Positions 15,500 to 15,867 of a stretch of 15,867 nucleotides of DNA are shown here, piece by piece. Numbering within the stretch: position 1 is the first letter of the stretch; every line of letters begins with the position of its first letter. This DNA is from an uncultured archaeon (GTDB taxonomy: Archaea; Altiarchaeota; Altiarchaeia; IMC4; SCGC-AAA252-I15): NCBI GenBank assembly GCA_964587725.1, contig CAZPLO010000027.1, positions 1-15,867 on the forward strand, in the 5' to 3' direction. The translations under genes and the position numbers were made by a program. The notes under the pieces were generated by a model. The model did not search any database, was not told the origin of the DNA, and saw only the letters and a list, made by a program, of their open reading frames with translations.

Positions 15500-15867
15500 A
15501 TGAGCTTTAGGTTCTGGAATAAACAGGGATTAGTCGATGAGCGGCCTGGCGAAGTCAAAGTAGGGGGTAGATTTCGTAGGGTATTGGTTGCTGAGGGCTT
15601 TCCGGGTAATGTCGGGGATGGGTGGTTGGATGAGCTGATAGCGATGCCCGGCACATTCGGCTTGTCGTTGAGCATAACGCCTTTGGAAAAGGATAGGGTG
15701 CTGGAGCAGCTTAGGCGAGAGTTGTTGAAGCAGAAAAGCGACATAGAATCCCACAGCAAACGAGGGGAAAGACCCCCCGATTACCTGCAAACCCAATACG
15801 CAGACACCTTACGAATTCGTGAAGCGATAGAAAACGACGAGGAAAAGATGCTCGACATATCGCTATA
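15500..15867 (+). CDS. VirB4/TraC-like ATPase, N-terminal fragment (runs off the window; not in the ORF track)
   Basis: Open frame MSFRFWNKQGLVDERPGEVKVGGRFRRVLVAEGFPGNVGDGWLDELIAMPGTFGLSLSITPLEKDRVLEQLRRELLKQKSDIESHSKRGERPPDYLQTQYADTLRIREAIENDEEKMLDISL; the FP..V..GWLD.L / S.SI.P / coiled coil / EEK...SL pattern resembles VirB4 N-termini; P-loop not reached. Confidence 0.65.
   Translation, partial: MSFRFWNKQGLVDERPGEVKVGGRFRRVLVAEGFPGNVGDGWLDELIAMPGTFGLSLSITPLEKDRVLEQLRRELLKQKSDIESHSKRGERPPDYLQTQYADTLRIREAIENDEEKMLDISL

Larger units (their letters stand above)
12808..15867. mobile_element. One end of a tRNA-Glu-integrated mobile element (integrase, VirB4-like ATPase and cargo); continues beyond the window
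   Basis: Tyrosine integrase 1.2 kb from the tRNA 3' end and transcribed toward it; drop in GC and changed codon usage (a sampled cargo line is 40% GC); VirB4-like gene; second att site not in the window. Confidence 0.75.

Noticed and set aside
15256-15510. 84-aa plus-strand ORF before the VirB4-like gene
   Set aside because: TTG start, no transmembrane segments or motifs expected of VirB3/PrgI, and it overlaps the putative promoter region
15484-15796. Minus-strand ORFs 15484-15759 and 15530-15796
   Set aside because: Antisense shadows of the more convincing plus-strand VirB4-like frame

Overview
Archaeal genomic window. It is most consistent with a DPANN-type lineage such as Altiarchaeota, judged only from recalled uS7/uL4 sequence features. 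Bases 137-12484 are a GC-rich translation super-operon on the + strand: uL3, uL4, uL23, uL2, uS19, uL22, uS3, uL29, SUI1/aIF1, RNase P Rnp1, uS17, uL14, uL24, eS4, uL5, uS14, then uS7, EF-2, EF-1alpha and uS10. The spc-like block stops at uS14 and is joined with a 1-nt gap to the str-like block at uS7, so uS8..SecY and uS12 are not here. Next comes a tandem pair: an anticodon-less tRNA-like copy carrying a 12-bp palindromic insert (12574-12677), then an intron-containing tRNA-Glu(TTC) (12695-12807). Downstream of the tRNA begins a lower-GC integrated element. It carries a GHKL/HATPase kinase-like gene with a STAS-like partner, a convergent tyrosine integrase with a C-terminal zinc ribbon, a possible tiny upstream ORF, and a divergent VirB4-like ATPase that is cut off by the window end and missing from the ORF track.
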